Assembly: GCA_026417295.1 (NCBI GenBank)
Contig: JAOADN010000007.1
Coordinates: 224 to 64,223 of the forward strand
Source: Paracoccaceae bacterium
GTDB lineage: Bacteria; Pseudomonadota; Alphaproteobacteria; Rhodobacterales; Rhodobacteraceae
Length of the DNA stretch: 64,000 bases
Direction of reading: 5' to 3'
A model generated the notes under the pieces. That model did not search any database. It was not told the origin of the DNA and saw nothing but the letters and a program-made list of their open reading frames with translations. Made by a program: the position numbers and the translations under genes. Position 1 is the stretch's first letter; every line of letters starts with the position of its first letter. Of this stretch, positions 26,337-37,303 are shown piece by piece.

Positions 26337-26375
26337 CCCGGCGGGTCGGACGACTCGGCCGGGGCTTTTGTTTGA
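26337..26375 (+). terminator. hairpin with U-tract: lipid-operon terminator and/or rplU leader attenuator
   Basis: CCCGGC...GCCGGG stem (26337-26363) followed by GCTTTTGTTTG. Confidence 0.4.
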
Positions 26376-26480
26376 CATGACGCCTCCCTTGCGGGGCGCG
26401 CTGTCCGAGGCGGGGCGATGGCCCCATGAACGCCGGGCGACCGGGGCCGCAGGGCGCGGATAGGGTGAAGGAAGAACAGG

Positions 26481-27026
26481 ATGTTTGCGGTCCTCAAGAC
26501 CGGCGGCAAGCAGTACCGGGTCCAGGCGGGCGACGTGCTTCGCGTGGAGCTGATCGCGGCCGACTCGGGCGACAAGGTGCAGTTCAACGAGGTGCTGATG
26601 ATCGGCGGCGACAAGCCGGTGGTCGGCAGCCCGCTGGTCAGGGGCGCGGCCGTCCAGGCCGAGGTCATCGAGGGCCTGATCAAGGCCGACAAGGTCATCA
26701 CCTACCACAAGCGGCGCCGGAAGCATTCCTCGCAGCGCACGCGCGGCCACCGCCAGAAGCTGACCCTGGTCCGCATCACCGACATCCTCGCCTCGGGTGC
26801 CGAGACCTCGGGCGTGAAGGCGGCGGTCGGCACCCATGCGGCGCGCGTCGCGGCGCATTCGACGGCGAAGGCTGCGGCCCCGGCCGCGAAGTCCGCCGCC
26901 GGCGAGGCGGCCCCCGCGGCGGCCCCGGCGAAACCGGCCAGGGCGGCGAAGGCCGCGGCAGCAGCCCCCGCCGCGACGGCCGAGAAGCCGAAGCGCGCGC
27001 CCCGGAAGACCGAGTCGAAGGAGTAA
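26481..27026 (+). CDS. rplU: 50S ribosomal protein L21 with a long Ala/Pro/Lys-rich C-terminal tail
   Basis: Starts MFAVLKTGGKQYRVQAGDVL. The core is about 105 aa, followed by a tail of about 75 aa (AKAAAPAAKSAAGEAAPAAAPAKPARAAKAAAAAP...). Confidence 0.95.
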   Translation: MFAVLKTGGKQYRVQAGDVLRVELIAADSGDKVQFNEVLMIGGDKPVVGSPLVRGAAVQAEVIEGLIKADKVITYHKRRRKHSSQRTRGHRQKLTLVRITDILASGAETSGVKAAVGTHAARVAAHSTAKAAAPAAKSAAGEAAPAAAPAKPARAAKAAAAAPAATAEKPKRAPRKTESKE

Positions 27027-27032
27027 CGTTCC

Positions 27033-27302
27033 ATGGCACACAAGAAGGCAGGCGGTTCCTCCCGCAACGGTCGCGACAGTGCCGGCCGGCGTCTGGGCGT
27101 GAAGCTCTATGGCGGCGAGAGCGCGGTTCCGGGCAACATCATCGTGCGCCAGCGCGGCACCACCTGGTGGCCGGGCGTCGGTGTCGGCATGGGGACCGAC
27201 CACACGATCTTCGCGACGGTCGAGGGCAAGGTGGAGTTCCGCAAGGGCCTCAAGGGCCGCACCTTCATTTCGGTCCGCCCGGCCGCAGGACCCGCCGAGT
27301 AG
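27033..27302 (+). CDS. rpmA: 50S ribosomal protein L27
   Basis: Starts [28 protein letters not shown]. Confidence 0.97.
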   Translation: MAHKKAGGSSRNGRDSAGRRLGVKLYGGESAVPGNIIVRQRGTTWWPGVGVGMGTDHTIFATVEGKVEFRKGLKGRTFISVRPAAGPAE

Positions 27303-27328
27303 ACCCACCGCAACCTGACCGGACTGAC

Positions 27329-27358
27329 GGGGGGATCGGCGGAAGGGCCGGTCCCCCC
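27329..27358 (+). terminator. GC hairpin after rpmA (no clear U-tract)
   Basis: GGGGGGATCGGC-GGAAGG-GCCGGTCCCCCC forms 11 of 12 base pairs. Confidence 0.4.
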
Positions 27359-27389
27359 GAAGCATTCGGGAGCCGAGGGAGGATCCGTC

Positions 27390-27596
27390 ATGGGCGACAT
27401 GATCGCAGGAGCGACGCAGGGCCGTGCGGCCGGCGGGCGGATCGCTGCCCGCATCGCGTCATCTTCGCGTCCGATTCCGCGGCTAGACGGTGACAGCCGT
27501 CCCAAGCCGAAGCAGGTGGACCCAGGGGACCCGCGGGGCAGATGCGGGTCGGGCCCCCGGCGGCATAGGGCGGCCGGCTTGGGGATGGCAGCATGA
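27390..27596 (+). CDS. possible small basic protein or upstream ORF coupled to the GNAT gene
   Basis: 68 aa. A strong SD (GGGAGGA) lies 6 nt before the ATG, and the stop overlaps the GNAT start (ATGA). GC3 is only intermediate by manual count and the sequence is low-complexity. Confidence 0.3.
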   Translation: MGDMIAGATQGRAAGGRIAARIASSSRPIPRLDGDSRPKPKQVDPGDPRGRCGSGPRRHRAAGLGMAA

Positions 27597-28132
27597 TCCA
27601 GGAACCCATCACCGGACAGCAGGTGATTCCGGCCGAACGCTTCGTGCTGCGGCCGCTGCGCGCCTCGGATGCCGGCCTCATTGCGCATTATGCTGCCGAC
27701 CGGCGGCTCGCGGAGGGCACGCCCGGCATCCCGCATCCCTTCCCGCCGGGCGCGGCAGAGGCGATGATCGGCCGTGCGCTAGATCCGGCGCGCGACACCG
27801 ATGTCTGGGCACTGGACGGTTCGGCCGGCGGCCTTGACGAGGTCCTCGGCCTGATCACCCTGCGCCGGATGGACCGCGACCAGTCCGAAGTGTCGTTCTG
27901 GGTGGCGCCCGGCCTGTGGAACGCGGGTTTCGCCTCGGAGGCGGTGGCGGCACTGGTGGCGGCCAACCCGCATGGCTCGCGCACGCTGTTTGCCGAGGTG
28001 TTCCAGGACAGCCCGGCCTCGGCCCGCGTCCTGACCAATGCCGGCTTCAGCTACCTCGGCGATGCCGAAACCTACTCGGTCGCGCGCGGCGCGCATGTCC
28101 CGACCTGGACCTACGTGCGCAAGATGGCCTGA
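27593..28132 (+). CDS. GNAT-family N-acetyltransferase (RimJ/RimL-like)
   Basis: 179 aa with [17 protein letters not shown]... and ...[26 protein letters not shown] gene between rpmA and obg is common in alphaproteobacteria. Confidence 0.75.
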   Translation: MIQEPITGQQVIPAERFVLRPLRASDAGLIAHYAADRRLAEGTPGIPHPFPPGAAEAMIGRALDPARDTDVWALDGSAGGLDEVLGLITLRRMDRDQSEVSFWVAPGLWNAGFASEAVAALVAANPHGSRTLFAEVFQDSPASARVLTNAGFSYLGDAETYSVARGAHVPTWTYVRKMA

Positions 28133-30378
<2,246 letters not shown>

Positions 30379-30445
30379 CGGCGGCACGGGCGGGCCGGCA
30401 TCTGGGGCGCATGCAGCGGCGGCGCCCGGCGGGCGGGAGGCGGAC

Positions 30446-31714
30446 TTGAGGGACACGGCAGAGGATGCGGCCGCCCTGATGGCAGAGCTCGGCGCGCGCG
30501 CGAAGGCGGCTGCGGCCGGGCTTGCCCTGGCCGGGGCGGAGGCGAAGCGGGCCGCGCTCGAGGCAGCGGCCGCGGCGCTGCGGGCGAGCGGCGATGCGAT
30601 CCTCGAGGCCAATGCAAGGGACGTGGCCGAGGCCCGGGCCGCGGGGCTGTCGCCGGCGATGATCGACCGTCTCGCGCTTGACGGCGGGCGGCTCGAGGCC
30701 ATCGCGGCAAGCCTCGGGGCGATCGCCGCCCAGCCCGACCCGGTCGGCGAGGTGATCGCCGAATGGGACCGGCCGAACGGCCTGCACATCCGCCGCGTGC
30801 GCAGCCCCCTGGGCGTCATCGGCGTCATCTTCGAGAGCCGCCCGAACGTGACCGCCGACGCCGGCGCGCTGTGCGTGAAGGCGGGCAACGCGGTGATCCT
30901 GCGGGGCGGCAGCGAAAGCGCGCGCAGCGCCGCGGCGATCCATGCCTGCCTCGTGGCCGGGCTCTCGCAGGCCGGGCTTCCCGAAGACGCGATCCAGCTT
31001 GTGCCCAGCCAGGACCGCGCGCTGGTGGGGGCGATGCTGCGCGCCACGGACTGGATAGATGTCATCGTGCCGCGCGGCGGCAAGGGCCTTGTGGGCCTCG
31101 TGCAGCGCGAGGCGCGCGTGCCCGTCTTCGCCCATCTCGAGGGCATCTGCCACGTCTATGTCGACCGCGACGCCGACCCCGAGATGGCGCGGAAGGTCGT
31201 GCTGAACGCCAAGACGCGGCGGCCCGGAATCTGTGGGGCGGCAGAATGCCTGCTGGTCGACCGGCCCTTCCTGGCCCGTCACGGCAGCGGGCTGATCGCC
31301 GATCTCCTGGCGGCCGGGGTCGAGGTCAGGGCGGAGGGAGAGCTGCTTGCCGTTCCGGGCACGGTGCCGGCCGGGCCGGACGACTTCGGCCGCGAGTTCC
31401 TGGACATGATCATCGCGGCGCGGCCGGTCGACGGGGTGGACGAGGCCATCGCCCATATCCGCCGCTACGGATCCGGCCATACCGACGCCATCGTCACCGC
31501 CAGCGACGCCACCGCCGAACGCTTCTTCACCAGGCTCGATTCGGCGATCCTCCTGCGCAATGCCTCGACCCAGTTCGCCGATGGCGGCGAATTCGGCATG
31601 GGGGCCGAGATCGGTATCGCGACCGGGCGGCTGCATGCCCGCGGGCCGATCGGGGCCGAGCAGCTGACGACCTTCAGGTATCTCGTGACGGGGGCGGGGA
31701 CGGTGCGGCCCTGA
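30446..31714 (+). CDS. proA: gamma-glutamyl phosphate reductase
   Basis: 422 aa with [16 protein letters not shown] and [14 protein letters not shown]-like ([21 protein letters not shown]). Confidence 0.93.
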   Translation: MRDTAEDAAALMAELGARAKAAAAGLALAGAEAKRAALEAAAAALRASGDAILEANARDVAEARAAGLSPAMIDRLALDGGRLEAIAASLGAIAAQPDPVGEVIAEWDRPNGLHIRRVRSPLGVIGVIFESRPNVTADAGALCVKAGNAVILRGGSESARSAAAIHACLVAGLSQAGLPEDAIQLVPSQDRALVGAMLRATDWIDVIVPRGGKGLVGLVQREARVPVFAHLEGICHVYVDRDADPEMARKVVLNAKTRRPGICGAAECLLVDRPFLARHGSGLIADLLAAGVEVRAEGELLAVPGTVPAGPDDFGREFLDMIIAARPVDGVDEAIAHIRRYGSGHTDAIVTASDATAERFFTRLDSAILLRNASTQFADGGEFGMGAEIGIATGRLHARGPIGAEQLTTFRYLVTGAGTVRP

Positions 31715-31748
31715 GCCGCCACCGGCCGTCGCGCACCTGGCGGTGCTG

Positions 31749-32405
31749 TCATACCGTCAGGGTGATCCCGGCCTCGCCGAATTCGGCGGAAAGCGCGCGC
31801 CCGCAGCGCGCCAGGGCCGGGCCGGCAAGCGCGAAATGCACCAGCGACGGTTCGGGGGGGAAACGTTCGGATGCGGGTTTCGGGCGCGGCGCGACGCGGC
31901 CCCAGAGGGCGGAATCGCATTTCAGCCGATCGGCCCGGGCAACCAGCCTGAACCTGTCGCCCGCGGGCGAAACCTCGATCCGGCCGCCCCATGGCATCGC
32001 CGATTCGAGGCAGAGCAGCAGCAGGAACAGGAGCCGCGCATCGGTGCGCGCAATTCCCTGCGGCACGTCCCAGGCCGCGGTGATGCGGCTGCCCCGGAAA
32101 TAGCCCTGCACGGTCTGGCGCGTCTCGGCCGCCGGCATCGTCTGGCCGGGCGCGGCCTGGCCGAAGGCCACCCGGAAGAAGCGCACGCGGCCGCTGGCAT
32201 TGGCCGCGCTTTCGGCGATCAGGGCGACCTCGGGCGAGTCCGCCCGGGCCATCGCCAGAAGCTCGACCCCGTTGCCGATCGCGCCAATCGGGCTGATAAG
32301 GTCATGGCAGATGCGCGATCCGATCAGCGCGGCGAGATCGGCCTGTTCGTCATCGGCGAAGGGGCCGGCCGGATCGGAAGTCTTGTCGTGCTTCGGTTCG
32401 CTCAT
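31749..32405 (-). CDS. chpT: histidine phosphotransferase ChpT (CckA-ChpT-CtrA phosphorelay)
   Basis: 218 aa. LIGSRICHDLISPIGAIGNGVELL is the ChpT/HPTransfase signature. Confidence 0.8.
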   Translation of the reverse strand: MSEPKHDKTSDPAGPFADDEQADLAALIGSRICHDLISPIGAIGNGVELLAMARADSPEVALIAESAANASGRVRFFRVAFGQAAPGQTMPAAETRQTVQGYFRGSRITAAWDVPQGIARTDARLLFLLLLCLESAMPWGGRIEVSPAGDRFRLVARADRLKCDSALWGRVAPRPKPASERFPPEPSLVHFALAGPALARCGRALSAEFGEAGITLTV

Positions 32406-32432
32406 CGTGGATCAGAGAGAAAGCTCAAGCAG

Positions 32433-32645
32433 GTGAACGAGCTGTTAACGCCGGGCGATCTCGTCACCCATCCCCACCGCCCCGACTGGGGCCTCGGGCA
32501 GGTGCAGTCGCGGACGGGGACGCGGATCACCGTGAATTTCGAGAATGCCGGGAAGGTCGTCTTCGACGCGCCCGCGTTCGATCTTGTCCTGGTCGACGAT
32601 CCTCCGCTGTCCGGGCCATCCGTTGGCAGAGGAGGTACCCGATGA
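32433..32645 (+). CDS. DUF3553-family small protein
   Basis: 70 aa from GTG 32433: NELLTPGDLVTHPHRPDWGLGQVQSRTGTRITVNFENAGKVV, which matches the conserved DUF3553 pattern as I remember it. Confidence 0.6.
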   Translation: MNELLTPGDLVTHPHRPDWGLGQVQSRTGTRITVNFENAGKVVFDAPAFDLVLVDDPPLSGPSVGRGGTR

Positions 32646-32765
32646 GTGACGGCCGTCAAGCGCGCTCCGCGGCCGGCAGCTGCGGGGCGAGTTGCAACCG
32701 GCCGGATGGCCACTTATGACGCGGCACGGGCCGGCTGGGATGCCCGAAGCAGCCATTGGCGGTTC

Positions 32766-33551
32766 ATGAGCCTAGACGCAACGCGATTCCGGGTCCGGCT
32801 GGCCGAATCCGAGGACGAGCTGATCGCCGCCCAGCGCCTGCGCTATGAGGTCTTCGTGCGCGAGCTCGGCGGCGACGGGCCGGGCGTGGATCATGCCGCG
32901 CGCCGCGAGGCCGACGAGTTCGATTCCGTCGCCAGCCATCTGCTACTCTTCGACACGCGCCGCCCGGGCCATCCGGCGGATCAGGTCGTCGGCGCCTACC
33001 GCCTGCTGACCGGAGACCGTGCCGCGGCCTTCGGGCGGTTCTACTGCGATGGCGAATACGATCTCGCCCCGCTGCGCGCGACAGGCCGGCGGCTTCTCGA
33101 ACTCGGGCGGTCCTGCGTGCGGGCGGATTATCGCGGGGGGCCCGCGATGTTCCTTCTGTGGAACGCGCTGGCCGACTTCGTGCTCGACAACCGCATCGAG
33201 ATCCTGTTCGGCGTGGCGAGCTTTCACGGCACCGATGTCGATTCGCTGCGGCTGCCGCTGACCTGGCTGCACCGCCATCACCTTGCGCCTGCGGCGCTGC
33301 GCGTCACGGCGCTGCCCACCGGGTTCCAGGCCATGGACCTGCTGCCGCCCGGCGATCTGGACCGGACCGCGGCAATGGTGCGGATGCCTGCGCTGATCAA
33401 GGCCTATCTCCGCCTCGGCGGCTTCGTCGGCGAGGGCGCCTTCATCGACCGCGCCTTCAACACCACGGATGTCTGCCTGCTGATGGACACCGCGGCGATG
33501 AGCGAGAAGCACAAGGGGTTCTACACGCGCCGCTACGAGGGGCAGGCGTGA
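32766..33551 (+). CDS. olsB: ornithine-lipid N-acyltransferase OlsB (GNAT/hemolysin-like)
   Basis: 261 aa from ATG 32766 with AQRLRYEVFVRELGG...GAYRLL...ELGRSCV...AYLRLGG. Confidence 0.8.
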   Translation: MSLDATRFRVRLAESEDELIAAQRLRYEVFVRELGGDGPGVDHAARREADEFDSVASHLLLFDTRRPGHPADQVVGAYRLLTGDRAAAFGRFYCDGEYDLAPLRATGRRLLELGRSCVRADYRGGPAMFLLWNALADFVLDNRIEILFGVASFHGTDVDSLRLPLTWLHRHHLAPAALRVTALPTGFQAMDLLPPGDLDRTAAMVRMPALIKAYLRLGGFVGEGAFIDRAFNTTDVCLLMDTAAMSEKHKGFYTRRYEGQA

Positions 33552-34372
33552 CGACCTGGATCGGGGCCGACCCGCCGCCCGCGGCGGAAATCGGGCCGGC
33601 CGGCTGGATCAGGGTGGCGCTGCGCGGCGCGGCGGTCGTTACGGTGACCTTCGGCGGTCTGGCCATCCTGCTTCTCGTCCGGCTTCTCGAGGCGCCGCTC
33701 TTCGCCCCGCGCCGCCCGCTGACGCCGTGGATCACGCAGGCGGTCTGCCGGATCGACCTTCTGCTCATCGGGCTGCGGCTGGAGGTGCGCGGGCAGCCGA
33801 TGCACCAGAACGGCGCCGCCGTGGCCAATCATGCAAGCTGGCTCGACATCCTTGTCCTCAATGCCTGCCAGCGCGTCTGCTTCGTCTCGAAGGCCGAAAT
33901 CGCGCGCTGGCCGGCCATCGGCTGGCTCGCCCGGGCGACGGGAACCGTGTTCATCGCGCGCGACCCGCGGGCAGCAGGCGTGCAGCAGCGGCTGCTGCAG
34001 GAGAGGCTGCGCGCGGGCCATCACCTGCTGGTCTTCCCCGAGGGCACCAGCACCGACGGCCGACGCGTGCTGCCGTTCAAGACGACGCTCTTCGGGGCCT
34101 TCATGGCCGAGGGGATCCGTCACGCGATGGCGGTGCAGCCGATCAGCGTGACCTACCTTGCGCCGGACGGCGAGGATGCGCGCTTCTATGCCTGGTGGGG
34201 CCACATGGATTTCGCCCCCCATGCGGCCCGCGTGCTCGCCTGCCCGCGCCGGGGCACCGCAAGGGTGGTGTTCCATGCCCCGCTGCAGGCCGATGCCTAT
34301 CCATCGCGCAAGGCCCTTGCGGCGGCCTGCGAACAGGCGGTGCGGTCGGGCTTCGGCGTGGCTTCGGGCTGA
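33548..34372 (+). CDS. olsA: lyso-ornithine-lipid O-acyltransferase OlsA (PlsC family)
   Basis: GTG 33548 overlaps the olsB stop (GTGA). HX4D motif in ANHASWLDI and a second block in VFPEGTSTDG. Confidence 0.75.
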   Translation: MTTWIGADPPPAAEIGPAGWIRVALRGAAVVTVTFGGLAILLLVRLLEAPLFAPRRPLTPWITQAVCRIDLLLIGLRLEVRGQPMHQNGAAVANHASWLDILVLNACQRVCFVSKAEIARWPAIGWLARATGTVFIARDPRAAGVQQRLLQERLRAGHHLLVFPEGTSTDGRRVLPFKTTLFGAFMAEGIRHAMAVQPISVTYLAPDGEDARFYAWWGHMDFAPHAARVLACPRRGTARVVFHAPLQADAYPSRKALAAACEQAVRSGFGVASG

Positions 34373-34381
34373 GTGGCGCGG

Positions 34382-35002
34382 TCAGCCGATCCGGGCGAGA
34401 AGGGCGCCGAGCGCCCCCGCGGGGTCCTCGTCGGACCAGATCTCCTCGCCGATCCCTAGGAAGTCGGTGACCGGCGCAAGCGCGGCGACGCTTTCGGCAT
34501 CGAGCCCGCCTTCGGCCACGACCGGAACCTCGATCATCTCGGACCACCAGGCGAAGAGGTCCTGCGGTGCCGTCCGGCCCGGCCCGAGGCCCGTGTCGCC
34601 GACCGGCCCGAAGGAGACGTAGTCGGCACCCGCCTCGCCCGCCGTCAGCCCGTCATGGCGCGAAGTTCCGCAGAAGGCGCCGACGATCGCCTCTGCGCCG
34701 AGCGCCCTGCGCGCCTCGCGCACCGACCGCGCGCCATCGCCGAGATGCACTCCGTCGAGGCCGTGCGGGACGACCAGGCGGACATGGGTGTCGATCACCA
34801 CCGCCACGTCGCGCGCATGGGCGACCTCGCGCAGCGTGTCGGCCGCACGGGCAAGGGCTTCGGCATTGCGGGTGGCAAGCGCGATCCTCAGGCAGGCGAT
34901 CTCGGCGGAATCGAGGACGGCGGCCAGCGCATCGGGAAAGCTGCGCAGGTCGATCGCGGCCGGGGTGATCAGGTAGAGGCGCGGGCGGTCGTTTCCGGCC
35001 AT
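34382..35002 (-). CDS. thiE: thiamine-phosphate synthase-like protein
   Basis: 206 aa with RLYLITP...DGVHLG...ADYVSFGPV...VPVVAEGG. Confidence 0.75.
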   Translation of the reverse strand: MAGNDRPRLYLITPAAIDLRSFPDALAAVLDSAEIACLRIALATRNAEALARAADTLREVAHARDVAVVIDTHVRLVVPHGLDGVHLGDGARSVREARRALGAEAIVGAFCGTSRHDGLTAGEAGADYVSFGPVGDTGLGPGRTAPQDLFAWWSEMIEVPVVAEGGLDAESVAALAPVTDFLGIGEEIWSDEDPAGALGALLARIG

Positions 35003-35167
35003 GCGAAGGCTCCGGGCAGAGTGTCCGGCCCGGCTTAGCCGATGCAGGCGAGCTTGGCCATGGCACCGCGGCGCGCGGCGCGGCCGCCCGCCGGGGCGTC
35101 GCTGCGGCTTCGCCTTGCGCTGCCCCGCGCCTGCACCCTATGACCCGGCTGACGGGGGAGGGATGCG

Positions 35168-35956
35168 ATGTCAGGGAACGAGCCGGTCTTCGTGCTTGTC
35201 CGGCCGCAGCTTGGCGAGAATGTCGGGGCCTCGGCGCGGGCGATGCTGAACTTCGGACTGACGCGCATGCGCCTCGTCGATCCGCGCGACGGCTGGCCCA
35301 ATCCGCGGGCGGTGGCGATGGCCTCGGGCGCGGCGGCGCGCGTGCTGGACATCGCGGGGGTCTTTCCGACCACGGCCGCGGCGGTGGCCGATGCCGGCTT
35401 CGTCTTCGCCACGACGGCGCGCGGGCGCGACCTGACGAAGCCGGTGATGACGCCAGAGCGGGCGATGGAACATGCCCGGGCGCTGGTGGCGGCGGGCCAG
35501 CGCGTCGCCTTCCTCTTCGGGCCCGAGCGGACGGGGCTGGAGAACGAGGACGTGGTGCGGGCCAATGCCATCGTGACGGTGCCGGTCAATCCCGACTTCC
35601 CGTCGCTGAACGTGGGCCAGGCGGTGCTGCTGTGCGCCTACGAATGGCGGCGCCAGACCGCGGCGCAGCCGCCCGAGGTGACGGCGATGGCGGGCACCGT
35701 CTTCGCCAGCGCCGGCGAGGTGGAACGGCTGGCCGGGCACTGGGAGGAGGCATTGCAGGCGGCGGGCTTCTTCTTTCCGCCGGCCAAGGCCGCCAGCATG
35801 AAGGCGAGCCTGCGCAACTTCTGGAGCCGCATGCCCTTGACGCGGTCCGAGGTGCAGACCCTGCACGGGATGCTGCGCCAGCTGATGCGGCCGCGCGACC
35901 GCGGCGGCGAGGGCGGCGGCGAGGGCGGCGGCGACGGGGGCGGCGAGGGCGGCTGA
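35168..35956 (+). CDS. SpoU/TrmH-class RNA 2'-O-methyltransferase (TrmJ-like) with a (GGEG)n C-terminal tail
   Basis: 262 aa with FVLVRPQLGENVGASARAMLNFG and FLFGPERTGLENED. The tail is encoded by a 12-bp tandem repeat. Confidence 0.8.
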   Translation: MSGNEPVFVLVRPQLGENVGASARAMLNFGLTRMRLVDPRDGWPNPRAVAMASGAAARVLDIAGVFPTTAAAVADAGFVFATTARGRDLTKPVMTPERAMEHARALVAAGQRVAFLFGPERTGLENEDVVRANAIVTVPVNPDFPSLNVGQAVLLCAYEWRRQTAAQPPEVTAMAGTVFASAGEVERLAGHWEEALQAAGFFFPPAKAASMKASLRNFWSRMPLTRSEVQTLHGMLRQLMRPRDRGGEGGGEGGGDGGGEGG

Positions 35957-35992
35957 GACCGCTGCGAATGGCCCCGCGTCCGAACCCGGACA

Positions 35993-36021
35993 GGGTGTCC
36001 CACGATGGGACGCCCCTTTTT
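35993..36021 (+). terminator. rho-independent terminator after the trmJ-like gene
   Basis: GGGTGTCCCA-CGA-TGGGACGCCC forms 10 bp (one G.U pair) and is followed by CTTTTTAT. Confidence 0.75.
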
Positions 36022-36151
36022 ATCCAATGATTTCAATGGCCATCTCCGGAAATTAAGGATCGATTCACGAATCCCGCCCCCCCGGCGGGCTTGCGCAGGC
36101 GGCACCCGGCCCCTAGGGTGCCGCCCGCGAAGAGGGGGGGGTGCGGACCCG

Positions 36152-37303
36152 ATGGCGCAGAAACGCAGCATCTTCGAGGACGTGGCCGAGGGCGCCCGCG
36201 GGCCGGGGCCGGCGGCGCAGGGCGGCCTGATCGATGCCGGCCACGGCCGCGGCCGGACCCGCGTGCGGCGCTGGCTGATCGTCCTTTTCCTGCTGGTCGC
36301 CGCGATGATCGCGGTCGGCGGCCTGACGCGGCTGACCGACAGCGGGCTGTCGATCACCGAATGGCGCCCGGTCACCGGCGCGGTCCCGCCGCTTGACGCC
36401 GCGGCCTGGGATGCCGCCTTCGCCGCCTACAGGGAAAGCCCCGAATTCAGGCTGCAGAACGCGGCGATGACGCTGGAGGAGTTCAAGCGGATCTACTGGT
36501 GGGAATGGGGCCACCGCCAGCTCGGCCGCATGATCGGCCTGGTCTGGGCCGCGGGATTCGCCTTCTTCTACCTGACGCGGCGCATCCCGGCGGGCTGGAC
36601 AGGGCGGCTGCTGCTGCTGGGCGGTCTGGGCGCGCTGCAGGGCGCGGTCGGCTGGTGGATGGTATCCTCGGGCCTGACGGGGCGGATGGTCGATGTCGCC
36701 TCCTACCGGCTGGCGGTCCATCTCGGCCTGGGCTTCGCCATCCTCGGCCTGCTGGCCTGGTACATCCTGATGCTGGGCCGGCCCGAACCGGCGCTGCTGC
36801 AGGCGCGCCGGCAGGGCGAGCCGCATCTGGCGGCGCTGGCGACGGGGGTCATGCACCTGGCCTTCCTGCAGGTGCTGCTGGGCGCGCTGGTGGCCGGGAT
36901 CGACGCGGGCCGGGCCTTTCCGACCTGGCCGCTGATGGGCGATTCGTTCCTGCCGCCCGATCCCTTCTCGGGCGGGCCGGTCTGGGCCGCCTTCTTCGAG
37001 GATCCGGGCCTGGTGCAGTTCAACCACCGCATGACGGGCTATCTGCTGGCCCTGCTGGGCGCCTTCGCCTGGTGGCGGTCCCGCGGCTCGGCCCATCCGG
37101 GCACGCGCGGCGCCTTCGGCGCGATGGCGCTGATGCTGGCCGTCCAGATCGCGATCGGCATCGCCACGGTCCTGCATTCGGCGCCTCTGGGCCTGGCGAT
37201 CCTGCACCAGCTTGGCGCTGTGGTCCTGTGGACGCTGATCATCCGGGCGCGGCACCGCGCGCGCTATCCGGTGGTGACCTCGATCAGGGGGGGCAGGCGA
37301 TGA
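36152..37303 (+). CDS. ctaA: heme A synthase (COX15/CtaA)
   Basis: 383 aa from ATG 36152 with GGLTRLTDSGLSITEW and EFKRIYWWEWGHRQLGR. Confidence 0.88.
   Translation: MAQKRSIFEDVAEGARGPGPAAQGGLIDAGHGRGRTRVRRWLIVLFLLVAAMIAVGGLTRLTDSGLSITEWRPVTGAVPPLDAAAWDAAFAAYRESPEFRLQNAAMTLEEFKRIYWWEWGHRQLGRMIGLVWAAGFAFFYLTRRIPAGWTGRLLLLGGLGALQGAVGWWMVSSGLTGRMVDVASYRLAVHLGLGFAILGLLAWYILMLGRPEPALLQARRQGEPHLAALATGVMHLAFLQVLLGALVAGIDAGRAFPTWPLMGDSFLPPDPFSGGPVWAAFFEDPGLVQFNHRMTGYLLALLGAFAWWRSRGSAHPGTRGAFGAMALMLAVQIAIGIATVLHSAPLGLAILHQLGAVVLWTLIIRARHRARYPVVTSIRGGRR

Noticed and set aside
26372-26400. Second TTGACA at 26372-26377 as the rplU promoter
   Set aside because: There is no plausible -10 element at 16-18 nt (GGCGCG). 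The upstream TTGACA-N17-GATAAG element matches the rplM promoter architecture and is preferred.
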